A stretch of DNA of 64,000 bases from Marsupella aquatica (GCA_973895155.1 OZ316894.1:3930944-3994943), one strand, 5' to 3'; shown: positions 1 through 13,818, numbered from the stretch's first letter. Numbers and translations: made by a program. The notes: generated by a model from the sequence alone, not told the origin.

Positions 1-1674
1 TTATGAATGACAAATGTATGGTTAAATACACATATTTAGCCCTATAGTCACCAGGAAGACTAATGGCACCAGTACATTGATATATGACTAGGTCATTCTA
101 ATTATAAGTCATCACTTTCACAACTGATAGTTGCAAGAATTACTTAAGTGATTCTCAATCATAGTTCACTGGTTTCACTGATTGCCAGTTATTTTTTATG
201 GTCAAAAACAGGAGGTATTATAATACATACCCTCTTCTAAATTATGTTCTTCCGGTTTTTTTATATATAGCCAACCTTGTAGTCCATATAAAAATATAGA
301 CCCCTGTCTATTATACAAGAGTTGCATCCCTAGCTCGGACCCCTTAAGTAAGGAAAATAATAATAATAATAATAATTGCTATATGAGCACGCTATAAAAA
401 TGGAATATTCCAAATTCTCATTAAAAAGGCCCTAATGTCTTGTAAGTCTCACCGAGGGCCTCATTCAATTAGAAAGACAAAAAAGGAAGAATCAAGCTGC
501 AGCAAGACCACTTGATCAGTGGTGGTAGCGTTACGAAGGGAGCGTTACCTAGTCTAATCATATATTATCTGACCAAGACACTTCTACCTGATTATATCTA
601 TTAGCGAATCAGATCAGATTAAATACACGGTAATCTGCATGGTAGAGAGAATTCGTTGGTTTGGGAACAAAACAAACAATACAAAACACGCAACTCGACC
701 ACGGTTCCATTCCAGGGGAACTTATCAGTTGTTCACCATAATAATATTGTTACTGCCTCTTACGTCACCTCATATATCACACTGGTTTCCTTGAATTGGC
801 GTTGAATCTTGAGTTGAGTTTTGGCCTAACTTGCATTGCATGAATGGCCAGCCTAGGCAACGCCTAGATCTGTCCCTCCCTAGCTTCCTCCTAGCTCCCC
901 GAGTTGTGTTGGATTGATGGAACTGTAGCTGTTGCACTACTGTGGCCGTATTTCTCAAGGTCTGAGGACTGCCCCAGACCAATTACTTGTTGATTACTAG
1001 CTACAGTAGCTAGCAATGAGGTGTCATAGGCAAAGCATTGCGGCTTAATTATTCTTGGTTTGAAGGTAGGGGTAGAAACAATCTCCATAATGAAAATCGA
1101 AAGAGCTCGTAAAACGCTACAAAGAAGGAGAAGTGAGGCGCATTCAATCAGTCTCCAGAGGGAAGCCCCTATTAGTTCAGCGCATCAAATGTGAATCATA
1201 ACTGTTATAGTACACAAAAATAACATTGTCTTAAGTCTTGAAATGAATGCGAGCCGCCCGACTCTTTCTCTCTGCACACTCAATGAAACCAAAATTTTAT
1301 CTAAAGTAGTCTCGGCATGTTGGCTCCAATTGCCTACAGTTCATAATAACTGGCCCTTAATGCCTTTTACACAACATTTTCGATTCAATATTGACTTTGA
1401 TAGCCCAAATTTTGGCCCTCAATATTCGCGCTCATACATCCAGATGAGCTGTATTTCCGTCACAAATGTCTGCCTGACCTCCATGGTGCCCATGGTGTCC
1501 CGGGCCTCCACTTCGGCCCTCACTGCAGTATCATTGGCCTCCCTGGCCTCCCTTTCAGCCCTCAATGCATCTTGCCTGGTTTGCCTGGCCAGCATTTCGG
1601 CCCCTCAATGTGGTTTCCCTTGCCTCCATGGCCACCATTTGAGCCCAAAATGGACCCTGACACCACCTCTGCCC

Positions 1675-2430
1675 TCATGCCTGCCTGCTATGCGTGGCCT
1701 CCCGTTCGGCCCTCAATGCATTGTGCCTGGCCTCCGTGGCCCGCATTTCGGCCCTCACTGCAGCCTGCCTGGACCGCCTCGCTTGTATTTCGGCACTTGC
1801 ATATCTGGCCACTTCGGCCCACATGTCGGGGCTCAATTCCTGTCCGACCTCCCATTCAGGAAAAACTATCGGGGCAGCCATCTCTCGTAGCATATTTTCC
1901 TCAATTGCAGCCCTTGATTCCTGGCTGCCCTCACTGTCAGGCATCACTTCCTGCGTATGTGCCTCCATCCGAGCATTGTGAAATTCTGTGGCGCGTTGCG
2001 GTGAGACACGAGATAGAACAGGAGCTTCGTATCCGCCTTTGTAAGGGTGTTGGCAGATCTCGCAGATAGTGTCTCCTTTCTCATTGCACCAACGTCGGAC
2101 ACATACTCGGTGGGCATACTTGATGCTCCCAGAGCAAGAGCATGGAGCCTCGAGGTTTCTGAGCTCGTCGTCATCATGGCAAATTCGACAAACACCAAAA
2201 GCCTCTATGCCCACACTTCTCTCAACCTCAATTACATTCTGTCCCAATTGCCCATAGGGAAGTAGACCAGGAGTGTATGAGAAATCATTTGGAGAAGTCA
2301 ATGACACATCCACCTCACCCACTACATCTAGGGTTGTAGCTTGTTCAACAGGAGAAAAGCTATGAGAGGCATCCTGAGTAAAGTCGTCCGGAGTAGAGGT
2401 TGTCATATCTTGACGAAGGTTCTCCGCCAT
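1675..2430 (-). CDS. Intronless RINGv (RING-CH/MARCH-type) zinc-finger protein with an Ala/Arg/Glu-rich repetitive C-terminus; possibly a decaying retrocopy
   Basis: The ORF contains CRICHDDD...[31 protein letters not shown], the C4HC3 pattern of plant RINGv proteins. No intron and no transmembrane tail are visible. LRAE-type repeats continue past the stop codon in shifted frames. Confidence 0.8.
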   Translation of the reverse strand: MAENLRQDMTTSTPDDFTQDASHSFSPVEQATTLDVVGEVDVSLTSPNDFSYTPGLLPYGQLGQNVIEVERSVGIEAFGVCRICHDDDELRNLEAPCSCSGSIKYAHRVCVRRWCNEKGDTICEICQHPYKGGYEAPVLSRVSPQRATEFHNARMEAHTQEVMPDSEGSQESRAAIEENMLREMAAPIVFPEWEVGQELSPDMWAEVARYASAEIQARRSRQAAVRAEMRATEARHNALRAEREATHSRQA

Positions 2431-2654
2431 ATCTTCTTCTCAACCTTCCTGTTAGTGGCTCACAAAATCGAAATCAGGCACCCTAATAGACGATTTCCTG
2501 GGTGATGGGAACGTTGCTAAAATCTGTGTTGATCTAGAGTGACAAGCCTCAGACACCTCCTGTTGCCACAGCTATCAGATCGACGAGGCTGGAGGAGCAA
2601 AGTTGTTGTTGCTTGTAGGTGGAACCAACAATGCCAAAATGGATTTGCACTACC

Positions 2655-3080
2655 CCTCCAGGAGTCCTCAAGCCCCCTTTAAATGTTGCTCAATCACTTT
2701 TGCTGTCAGTAGTCAGTGCCGCACTGGACTGTGGCGACACCCTAAACCCTTAACTGATTTATGCTGAGTCACTTTAGCTGTCAGTACTTGGTGCCGCCCC
2801 ACAAATCTCCACATTCCCGTAGTCCTCCAGCTCCCTTAAATTAATGTTGCTAGCTCAATCACTTGACTTGCTCTCAGTAGCTAGTCAGTCCCACCCCATT
2901 AATTCCAGGAGTCCTCAAACCCCTCTCAATAGTTGATCAATCACTAAAGTGAATATATTGGCTGTCAATTATAGTCAGTGCCACCCCACTCCAAGAGCAA
3001 GTCCAGTAGACTCCCAGCCCCCGTTAGGAGTTGCTCAATCACTTTCGATCACTGGCTGTCGACAGTCAGAATCACCCACA
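2655..3080. repeat. Degenerate tandem repeat, about 90-100 bp unit, 4-5 copies, upstream of the RINGv gene
   Basis: The core ccaggagtcctc...gctcaatcactt...gctgtcagtagtcagtgcc recurs near 2658, 2816, 2905 and 3003. Confidence 0.6.
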
Positions 3081-6000
3081 TCTGCCTCTACCAGGCAACC
3101 TCCGATCCTCTCCCGCCTCCTCTAGCTGGGCTGCTATAATTGATAGTCACTGTTTATCTCGTCCTTAGTCCGCTCACCAAAGCAAAGGCCCCATGCATTC
3201 AATGATCCATAAACAGCCAGGGATGAAATTGCAGGAAGCAGCTAGCAAACTAATACATTGAGGTCACCTCAGACATTCAAGAATTCGTAAATTTCTGGTT
3301 TAAGTTTACAAGGCACAGTAAGTACCGCCGACTATATATGGTGGCTTAGCTTGATTTTCTGTTCTAGACTACTAGCTGCAGGAACTTGAGTCTTTCAATA
3401 CAATTGCATGAACTCGTCTTTTCTGGGTCAAAGCTTAGTTACTGGCTGGTTAATTAGCTTCTGCCTCCTCCATTCTGTGCAACTTACTAGGGGATCTCAC
3501 TCAATATATGGGTGTACATCACTTACGACCCTTTATTTTATTTATATGCTATTCCTAGGTTCTCTCTAAGCCAATCCTGTGATGACAGATGATTGTCATT
3601 TTTCCTTTTCAAACCCTGTACTCCCCAGGAGTTCTTACCAAGTGTTCCTAAGAACCAATAAAATGACTAAATGATTAGCTTCTCATTGGAGTTCCCACAT
3701 GTACGTTGGTGTCCCTTGTTAATCAATTATGTAGTCACTAAATAGACAATGAAAGCATTTAATTTGTAGATGCAGTCAAAGGAGGCAGCCAGGTACAGTT
3801 TGTTATTCATTTTAGTCACAATTGACATTTCTTTTCCAATATTACTGAACTTCAGACACCCCGCCTGAGCTTGTTGGAAGTGGAATCGAATCAGCCTTCC
3901 AACTATACAACGTTTACTTGATATTGATAACAGACAAGGAAGTGATGATCCAGAACGAATGCACAGATCGTTGGTTTCCAATTTTGAACTCGATCGATGC
4001 AGTTGTTCGACAATCTCTGGACCATGTAAGAAGCAAGGACGTACCATGGTTGGCTTCTTCTCGCTTGCCTCCACCAGAGGATGAGGACCAAAGAGAGCAA
4101 CTGCGGCTTCATTTCTTTGGTGTTGAGTTCCCGGTTGAATTTCCCAATTTGTCAAGAATTTTCTGACGCAAAATTTAGCCCTCCAGTTGCCCGCCATCAA
4201 ATTGCGATTGATATTTCTCTTTTAATTCCCAATTTCGGGCAAGAAAGGTAATCGAATCAGCTTTCCAACGATCAAACAATCACTTCATTTGGATAACAGA
4301 TGAGTAATTTGTGAACCAGAACCAACGCAAAGGTGAATGATTTTGATTTCCATGCAATTGTTCAACGAATCTCTGGTTGATTGACAACATAATAAAGCTG
4401 GTGTTAATTAATTTTCATATGAGATCTTCATTGCATTCCGTTAGGGAGTGTTGGTGAGTGTCCTTGCATTCCCTGTACGCTGTCAATTCCCTCGGCCGAC
4501 CGTGGGGATATATTGTGCTGAACTTGTGGAGCCATTCGGAACAAATATGGATCCAATCCCTCCCACCGGCGTCCTGTCACAAAATATCCCGTCACCCACA
4601 AATAGAAATCGAATATGCTACCACAGGTTGGTAACAATAAAAACTTGGAAGGCATTCGATTGTAAAACAACTGTGAGGGCAACAGGAAACACTTTTAGTG
4701 AGAGGGAAGATTGTCTAAGACTGAAGATTTCTCTAATAGATGGCGCCAGAAAAGTATACTGGGAGCAGAGTCCAATGCCGTAAAGCCATATTGCACTTCC
4801 ATTCTTGCAGTTGGCAGGCAGCCCTTTGATCCTTACACCGCCACCACCACACTCTATGCGGACGTCTACAATGAATCTACTGCAATACAGTCTCTCAAAT
4901 CAAGTGAGGCAAATTGATCGAGTTAAACAATTATCAAGTTTGGAGTCCATCGGGTATTCCGCAATCTGCGCGAGAAGAAAGAAAGGCAGGACCGTATTCA
5001 GGAAGGAAGCCGAAGCCGAGCATGAGGAGGCAACAATGAAACTGAACGAGAGGTACAGACAGAAGAGTACGTGCCACTGGCAGCTTCGACTTTGAATGAG
5101 GATAAAACTGTTCTCCCCTAGCCTTGAGATGGAGCGAGACATGCAATGTTGTGGTGGAGAGGGGAGGAGAAGGGAATTGAACATCCCGGCCACGGATATA
5201 CTCTTTCCGACCCATGATTTTTCCAGAGATGCGGTTCCAGTAAACGCGGTGCCAGTTTGAGGTGTTCATAGTCCTCCAGAAGAACTAGCAATTCTCGGCC
5301 GTAGGGGGGGATTGTTTTGATGGGGCTCATGACTTGCCTAGCTGATTTCTAGCACTTCTTCTCTCCTACTGAACCTAGTAATACCTTTTCCTAGCCCAAA
5401 TCCTTGTTACTTTGCCTTCGCAGAGGAAGATCGGTGAAAGCTGTCGTTCAAGCCTTGTGCAACCCTTCTCATTGTTTCTCAATCGACTCGCTATTGCCTT
5501 GTACCGAAATTGAAAGTCCTATTTGAAAGCTAAGAACCACTCACGTGTGATTAAGAACTGGTTCCGGTCATCCTTTCAGCAATCATGTACAGTTGCCTGA
5601 CATCAGGATACAGGCCAGATTGTTTGTTCTGCGTTTCCTCCAATTAGGTCCTTCCTGCAATTTCAATTATCATGTCTTCTCCAATTAGGTCCTTCCTGCA
5701 ATTTCATTTATTATGATTGTCTTCTCCTGAGCGCTAATGCTTGGATCTACATTAGTTCTGTACAGCGCTGAACTAGTCAGATTCAAATCGAAGTCCTTCG
5801 AGTCTCAGGGTTTCTGTGACATAGTAGACTGGTCTACTGCACACCCATCCATGTTCCCCAGAGTGTGCACTTGTCTACTGGGAACAAACCTGATTGGAGT
5901 CCAAGACAGTTGTTTCATCATGATCAATCATTCGCTCAGGTTGAAGTTTACAAAGCAATTTTTCCTAACATCCCAATATACCTATCTATTGATTTTTTGG

Positions 6001-6709
6001 TAACATCTCAATATACTTATCTGTTGATTTGCCTTTTACGAAGCAATTTTTCCTAACATCCCAATATACTTATCTATTGATTTGCTGTAATTAGTTTCAC
6101 ACGGAACAAAAGTTTTTGAAAGATGTCACCATAATTAAATAATGTGTAAGAGACTTGAAATTAAATACATGTTATTTTAAATTAGAGTAAATGACATAAT
6201 TTTAAATGACACTCAACTAGTGTGTGATGAATACATAATCAATGTGTATAGGATATGAAAAGTACAAATTTTTCTAGTAGTAAGATATATTTGTAAGGGC
6301 ATATAAAATTATAAAATTAAAATATCAATTGTCAATTGAAAGTCAGATTTTATTAAAAGTATGATGAAATGAAACCAGGTTATAAATACAATCAATTTAG
6401 AACAATAGATTGAACTCTGTACTTGTGCTAATATCTTTTCTTGTTTTAGATTTGTAGTCTCACCCTTATTAGTGTGTGTGATACTATTTATGCAGGGACT
6501 ATAAAAATTATGATACTAATTAGTGTAAATAGTGTAGCTGGCATGTCCGAAGGGACCTCCATTCACACTTTGCTTAGTTGTCAACTTGACTTGTAGAGAA
6601 GGTATGCCTGAACCAAATACCTCCATTCTCACTTTGCTTAGTTGTCAACTTGACTTGTAGAGTCTTTATGTTACTGCTCTACCCAGTTCACTCGCAAATA
6701 CTTGCATAC

Positions 6710-6880
6710 AGGGCTTGGAGGAAGAAGGTTCCCGACACGGCCAAGCTCCTAGACATGAATGACAATAATGGAGATTTAATGTATGCTGAGACTGAGGATG
6801 ACATGCAAGCCTTGAAAATCAAACACCACTCTGAAAAGCAATTTCTGGAGTATTTTGAGGACACATGGGTGTACTAAACA
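6710..6880 (+). pseudogene. Mutator-like (MULE) transposase exon remnant
   Basis: Translation AWRKKV...EKQFLEYFEDTWVY resembles the FxxYFxxxW motif of MULE transposases. It is flanked by cag| and |gtatgt splice-like sites. Confidence 0.45.
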
Positions 6881-7749
6881 GGTATGTGGTTTGCTACTTA
6901 GTTGACGCCTGTTCATTTTAGTTACACCGAATTCTCTATTGTCTATATCAATTTGGTGGAAGGTTTTGGTGTTGAATTTAATTCTTGCCATGTAATTTAG
7001 TTTTGCAATGTCTATAGCTGTTCTGTAGTGCACAGTATAGTATGTCTTTGTAGCTATTGTGTATTGCACAGTATAATATTCTTTGTAACTATTCTGTATT
7101 GCACAGTTTCTTGTATCTGTGTAGTCCTTCTATACTTCACAACTCCCTCTGAATCTTTGGTACTAAAACTTGTGACATGTCTTAACCCATATTTAGATGA
7201 AACTGGACAATTAGTGCAAATTGGATTGATTGAAATTCCAATTGAATCATATTTAATGAAAATAAATTGATTATCACTAAGTTAACTCTCACATATACCA
7301 AAAAAACCATAATTTGTACCCCTTGTTTCTCGTTTTTCTCACATTGTCTTGACTAGGCAATGGTACCCCTTGTTTCTCATGGAAATCCAACGTTTCGCGT
7401 AACGAGCTACCCCCTGTTTCTTAAAATGTACACTTCTATCAAATATTCATTGTTTCTCATGGTCGTGGCTAGGTGATGACTAATTGTCTATCATTTGTTC
7501 TCTTCCGGGGGTTAGTGCCGGATGTGATCTAAGTATTCACTAGACCGTGGTCGTTACTTCGATACATTAGTAGTCGCTTTTTCCCGTGATCATTACTTTG
7601 ATACATTAGTCAAGTCACCTTTTTTTATACCCTAGAAAGTTAGTGTCCTTCCAGCTGGTCATATTGTCCATGTTGTTGCATTGCTCTCGAACACCTGCGT
7701 TTCAATGAACAAGGAAACTTTGCACTTTTCAATGAACAAGAAATCTTTG

Positions 7750-7950
7750 CACTTTCTGCACTGGTGGATGGGACCCTGTCAATAAGATGGGCAGAGTCCA
7801 CGACCGCTCACCACATAGCCTAACCGAGGGGAATTATCATGTATGCTCTGTTCCTGATCACAATGGAAATGTCCACGAGCTTACAATTGACAGCCTTCCA
7901 TGCACCTTTTTCAAAGGCTAAGGATGAGACTTTCGAAAAATCCCCAAGGA
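7750..7950 (-). pseudogene. Highly degenerate copia integrase-like remnant
   Basis: Manual minus-strand translation gives VIRNRAYMIIPLG*AMW*AVVDSAHLIDRVPST, similar to the copia integrase segment FWAEAVxTAxYLINRxPS. It contains stops. Confidence 0.3.
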
Positions 7951-9179
7951 GTGCTGACCAAATCAACGTGAGTTGTCTTAAACATCGATTGACTTAAGAA
8001 AAGACCACTAAAGCTCTTCCGATGGTCAACACTGTCAGTAAAGCCCTCAGCATCGTAGTCATGATGAATTTGTCAACAGCACAATCAGAGAGACTGTGTC
8101 AGTTCTCAAAGATAAAACCATCATTGGGCAACTCTAGCAGATGATGATGATCAGTCTTATCATGAGGACAGAAACCCCAAGATCTCTCAGACAACAACCA
8201 TTTGCAAGTTTAAACAGCTTCTCTCAGACAAACCTCGTTTATGCTTCACGACACTGGCAAGCCAGCTACTACAGAGAGGGCATTGGGCAAACACGACTGA
8301 AATAGTACATTTCAATCATGTAGTTTCAATGTCAATCCGAAGTAAGAGTTCAGTCTCGACATCGTTTGGTCATCCCTGAGAAACTCCCTTTCCTTAACCT
8401 ACTTAATATTACAAGTAGATGCGGTAATCAGGACCGTATCTAACCATCGTCGACATCCTGCCTGCATCCCTTGAGTGAAATGGGTAAAATGCAGCGACAA
8501 CATCTAGATAATGAACAGTCAGTCCATTTCAAATACAGAGTAGTGCAGTAAGGCTCACAGGCTTCGGCTGGACATTATGCTATAGTTCTTTACATTCACC
8601 CTAGGCAACAGATCCACGATATACAAAAGAGCCAGAGCTGCACCATACTACAGGCAACCAGGAACACAATTTTTCACCCACAACCAAGACTATGTCAAGG
8701 ACAAGACAAGATGAGTGCCAGCATAATGCAAAGCAAGTATTGTTTATAGCGAGAAAAATGACCCAGCGCAAACAATCCTCTAATCGAAAGCAACCTAAAG
8801 CAACTCAGAGGACAGAATGAAAGCAAAGCTGGACACATGCCTGGCTGTGTCGAATCGATGCCTCAAATTTAGCCCAAGATCAAGTCCGACAAACAGTTAC
8901 AAACCCACCTACACCTAAGGGACGACAAAAACCGGAACACGTATATACGGCGAGTGACATTTTCCGGCGAGAATGAAAAGCCAGCAAGAAGCATCCTCCC
9001 ACCTTTACAACCTAACAAACGACGCGAAACAAACGGAGAGCAACATCTGAATCCTGCAAATGACGTTCTCAGCGCAAATGACGATCTAGCGGGAGGCATC
9101 CTGAGACTCGTCCGAACCTAACGAAACTCACGAAATTAGGAAGACAGCCAATATTACATCGACACTGAATGGGTTGTAG

Positions 9180-9450
9180 GCGGTGCAAAGCCGGTGTGTA
9201 GAACCGACCAAGACGATATCAAATCCTCCATCGTTGGCCCATCACAGGAACTTGTCAAATCTTGTGACCTGCTGCGCAACTCACAAGCACTCATCTATTC
9301 ACACTCACGCTTCAAACTCACGAAGCTCAGTAGACAGCCATTACATAGACGCTGGAATGGTTTTAAGCGGTGCAAAGCCGGCGAGCAAAACCACCCAAGG
9401 CGACATCAAATCCTCCATCTCTGGCCCATCACTGGAACTTGTCAAATGTA
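9180..9450. repeat. Imperfect direct duplication of about 80 bp, copies about 187 bp apart
   Basis: ggtgcaaagccgg...atcaaatcctccatc...ggcccatcac.ggaacttgtcaaat occurs near 9182 and 9369. Confidence 0.65.
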
Positions 9451-10346
9451 ATCACCTGGGCAATTTAGAAGCACACTGTGCACAAGAAGGCGCTCATCTA
9501 GCGACACTAACGCGTCGTCGCCGACAGGCAGTATTTGAAGCGCCTGGACTGGATGGGCGGATGAATCACTTATTAGGGTTTGGTAACACGTCAGCTCTTC
9601 GTAAGTGTAACTCCCGTAAGTGCACACCTGATGCTAATTGGAAGGTGGACCCCTTCTTCCCTTTCTTCTCCCATACCATTGTGAAGTTTTTTGCACTATT
9701 TGTAAGAGCACTTGTGCCAGCCATTGTTTCTAGCTGGGGGCGAGTGTAGCGGTACCTGCCCACCGCCATTGAGGGCTTGGGCCTTGGGGGTCTCACAATA
9801 TGGAGACTCCCCATCACGTGCAAAGTTTTGAAGGCTCAACACCCCAAGTAAAACTCAAGCAAGAGAAAAAACAAATGTACAAATTTTACCCTAATTGTAT
9901 GGAATCTACTTAGAATATATACTCCAATTTTTCTGTTTAAAAGGCCCATCACATCTTAGAAATTTTCAAATTGGACTGATCAGACCCTAATAATTATTCT
10001 TCTGCAAAATAGAAAGAACCAACAAAATGACCTTATGATTTGTTGCACATGATGTGTCATTTTGGTGTAAGTGAGATCCTCAAGATTGAGGATGCCCTGT
10101 CCATGCACCCTAATGTCCTGGCCTGCATTTTTCCAATCCAAAGTTAGTAGTCCTACCCTCCACAACCTAGCAGGATACAGCCCACCAAAGATGATCAACC
10201 ATTGCCATTATCCACCTCAATTTGTATTGAATGTCTCAGCAGAGTGACTGGAGAGGCACTTCAGCTCAGAAAGGCCAGACAGGTGGTTTGCAGATCTTTC
10301 ACAAATGCAGATGTGCATTCACCAAACAGCTTGTTAAACTCTCCCA

Positions 10347-10510
10347 ATGTTGGTGCTGTCTGGTGAGCACTGGTGGGAGTGCTTTAAGTGCAAAGAGGGT
10401 ACCACTAAGCAACAAATGTGCAGGTGCAAAGTCCTCTATAAGAAGTGTACAGTTATGGGTGAGAGCAAAAAATCAAATGTGGAGCTCTTATGGAATCACC
10501 TAGAAATAAC
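10347..10510 (+). pseudogene. Possible BED-zinc-finger remnant (hAT-like transposase N-terminus)
   Basis: WWECF...CRCKVLY...SNVELLWNHLE loosely matches the BED pattern W..F...C..C...L..HL. Confidence 0.25.
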
Positions 10511-11715
10511 TGAAACCCTTTTTAAGTTTACCATAGGGAGGTATGATTGGAGGGATCATGTCTAGATGGTGGTTTAGGGAGGCTCAAGAATCCTACTTGA
10601 ACGTCATATGACAACTTCTTGCATGGACACTAGCATGCTCATTGTGGAACATGCTTGATTTGTTGTCTTGTAGTGATCTGAAAGTAAATAAAATATGAGA
10701 GCATAACTAGAAGGATAAAATAATGTAAGTAAAGTGTGTGCCAAGAAAAACACAGTGACCAATGTGTTACTCATTTCAATAAAAACCATAAAATTGGGAG
10801 GAAAGACATGAGGGGGACTTAAGACACCATGTGTTCATGCTATTCAGAATCATTTCTCTCACTCATGAGAATACTTTGTTCAAGTTGTGGAGGAGTTGGT
10901 TTCATCCCTACGAGATTACAAACTTTAAAAGTTATAAGGGGGCTGCCAAAATAAGTTCAAAATACTCTAGAACACCTAAAATTAAAGGGGTCTAAAACTT
11001 AATTTAAAATGTATATGATACAAAGGCTGCCGCTTGATAAGGCACATTGAAATAAAAATACATGACACAAAAAATCTGAATAAGACAAAATCTGAAGGAT
11101 TCACCATATATAGCATCTCTGCCCCTTGAGAAGGCACATTTGAAATAACAATACATGACACAAAAAAATCTGAATAAGACAAAATCTGAAAGGTGGATTC
11201 ACCATATATAGCATCTCCAAAACTTTGCTTCATATGACAACTTCTTGCATGGACACTAGCAACAAGAAGAATCAGCATGTTGCTTATCTACAAGTCAAAG
11301 TCTGAAAATGTCCACTTATTATGCAGTGCAAACCACCTGTAAGTGCAAAACTCTGGGTTCTTCCTGGGAGTGTGCACTTATAAAGAGTTCATTATACTGT
11401 CCAAGGTAGGGTAATTCTTGTTCTTTTTGACAAGAATTTTAAACCAGATCCAAAGGTGACCCAAAAAGGTGGTCAAACCATTTCCATGCTCTGGCTCCTT
11501 CATCCAAAGTTGTATTACTTTCTAAAGATTACTTCCCAACTATTTTTGGTGACTTGGAGACTGTCTTTTGAACATGAAGTGCTGGTCCAGTTACTTTGCC
11601 TTGGGATAAAAAGAAGACAGTGATCTCAAGTGGTCCCACCCCCATTTCTTGTAAAGCCACATGCAGTCTGCCCATGTTTGGCCTCCAAGGGGGCAAGGCA
11701 TTTGGGACTGATGCA

Positions 11716-12048
11716 TGTTAAGGATTGCTCTTAGTCTTGTGACTCATAGGTTACGGCACTTAGGCTAACCACAGTTAGGATCTTAGCTGAGGTTAGGTTA
11801 GTCGTGTGTGACCTTGTATATACCAGGGCTAGTGTAAGCCGCTGGTGTGTGATGCTTACTAATGGTAACGGAGCAACTTGAGGAAGAGGGAGAGCATGTG
11901 TGTTCGTTTACTCTTGAAGTAAAAGCTTGAGTGTTCATGTGGACGTAGCCTTGGAGAAGAGGTGAACCACGTAGAGATTGTGTCGACTATGTGTGCATGG
12001 AATGAATCATGGTTGTATGGTCATTGCGAATGACGTCTTAGTTCAACA
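11716..12048 (+). repeat. 5' LTR of the copia element
   Basis: tgttaaggattgctc...ttagttcaaca is a direct repeat of 46378-46710. I count 7 substitutions by eye. Confidence 0.97.
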
Positions 12049-12050
12049 AT

Positions 12051-12062
12051 TGGTATCAGAGC
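12051..12062 (+). promoter_or_regulatory. Primer-binding site complementary to initiator tRNA-Met
   Basis: TGGTATCAGAGC lies 2 nt after the 5' LTR; this is the canonical plant copia PBS. Confidence 0.95.
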
Positions 12063-12662
12063 AAGCCTGGGAGGTGACGTTGAGGTGATCAAAATTTGCG
12101 TGACGTGTTGGTGACGGTTTTTCCAGCGGTTAGAGTTGGTGGATTTCACGGAGATCTATCGCATGGAACTTGGAGGTGTTGGGCTCAACGGATAGATCGA
12201 GGCAAGGGCTTTCCGACGGTGCAAAGAAATCTCTGAACGGAGTTCATGGTGCGGAGGAATTCACGTTTCCGTCGTTCTGGATTTTTTGTGATTCGTGTTC
12301 GACGGTTTTCTTTGACGGTTCTTTTGGGGGGAACTGAGATCGTTTTCCCTCGCGTTTTCCCGACGGTGTGAGCTTTGTGGTGCGCAAGGCGTCATAACCT
12401 TTAGCTCAAATCATAGATCGGGCAAAGCTGATCATTTCGGTAGCTGGTTTGCTATCGAGGGTGTAGTGAGTGCGATGTACCAAGCAAAAGAGCCGTTCTG
12501 AGTTTCTGACTGGCTATGGAGTCTTCTTTTGACTGAAGCGGGGTTTCTTGTCGTTGCGTTCGACTCAAAGGAAGAAACGGGAAGTGCAACGGCTCAACGG
12601 AGAGATCGCGGTGCAGTGGTCATTTTGAGTCCAAGATTGACACTTGACGCGGAGTGAAGGAG

Positions 12663-12766
12663 TTTAGGGTTTAGGGTTTAGGGTTTAGAGCTAGAGTTGC
12701 AAACGGTGCTAGTGCAATTCGGTAACATTTCCCATCGACCCTAAACCCTAAACCCTAAACCCTAAA
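12663..12766. repeat. Inverted pair of short plant telomere-repeat tracts in the copia leader
   Basis: (TTTAGGG)3TTTAG at 12663-12688 and (CCCTAAA)4 at 12739-12766. Confidence 0.9.
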
Positions 12767-12947
12767 TCCCATTACACCAGATAAAGTGATAACGACAATG
12801 TGAGTAACCCAACAAATTTATTTTTTGTGCACATTTTGCCTTAAAATAGGCTTTTTGGTGGTGTGTATACACACCCTCCCGACCCTTGCACCCCTGTCAA
12901 TACCCCGTTGGCGACCCCCTCCTCCTCCTCGCTAATACTCCCATCGT

Positions 12948-13095
12948 GGACATCCCGGACGTCCCGACCGTCCCGGATGTCCCGACCGTCCCGGACGTCG
13001 CAGCCGGCACGGACATCCAAGACGTCCCGGCCGGCGCGGACGTCCCAGACGTCCCGACCGTCACGGCCGTCCCAGACGTCCCAGCCGTCGCAGCT
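12948..13095. repeat. GC-rich 9-bp-period minisatellite in the copia leader
   Basis: Units of the form gacgtcccg / accgtcccg / gccgtccca repeat. They generate the periodic VPD/RDG/SRT ORFs seen in several frames. Confidence 0.85.
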
Positions 13096-13818
13096 CCATC
13101 CCTGCCCATTTTGACTCGGTTTTTTACTCCCCAGCCCCCTGTGCACTGCCTGGCCCATCACGCGTCGCCTATACGCGGATGCGCCTTTTTTAAGACAGTA
13201 TTTTTGTGTTAAGGGGCTTAAACCCCCTTAGGCCCGGTTTTTTAATCCTTTCTAGGCTCCTCATTCGTTAAACGGCATCCCGGGCCCGGTGACCCACCAA
13301 ATTAACCGTTTGGACAAGGGGAACGGCCCCCTATGAGACCTGTTGCACAGTCCAAGAAATATTCCAAAAAAAACAAAGAGTTGTTTTTTGGCCTTTAGTC
13401 GAAGATTCCAAGGTCCAAACAGTAACTTTTTTCGGATCTTTTTTGGCGAGAACGTAGCCACTAAAGCTAGCAACGCGGTGTACCACTTGATTTGAATTTT
13501 CGATGACGGGTGGTACTTGGAATTTTTCTTATTCCCCAAGGTGGTCAAAACGGGGAAGAATTTTTGAGTTTTACCCACCCCGACCGAAAAGTGAAAAAGT
13601 TTTTCGTCGGAACTCGATTTCAATTTCGGATTTCAGCGTTGGCTTGCTAGGTTGGTGGGCTAAGTGGCGGTGACAAGTTTCAAGTTTTTTTTGGAAAGTT
13701 GCAAAAAATGACATTTTTTCGTGATTTGGATTTGAGTCAACGAGAAGGAAGCTAGGAAGGAAAAAGCATATAGGGAGCAGCACAGCAATAGCACGTGGAG
13801 AACGTTGAGAGGACAACG

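Noticed and set aside
1243-2265. Plus-strand ORFs of 215, 165 and 95 aa
   Set aside because: Antisense shadows of the RINGv gene and its GC-rich repeats.
3727-5330. Cluster of short ORFs with an internal duplication (near 3884 and 4250)
   Set aside because: Possibly a decayed gene, but I could not recognise a domain or build a consistent frame.
12663-12766. Telomere or chromosome-fusion site
   Set aside because: Only 3-4 units per tract, located inside an LTR element with intact TSDs.
12841-13212. Four overlapping periodic ORFs
   Set aside because: By-product of a stop-free 9-bp GC-rich minisatellite.
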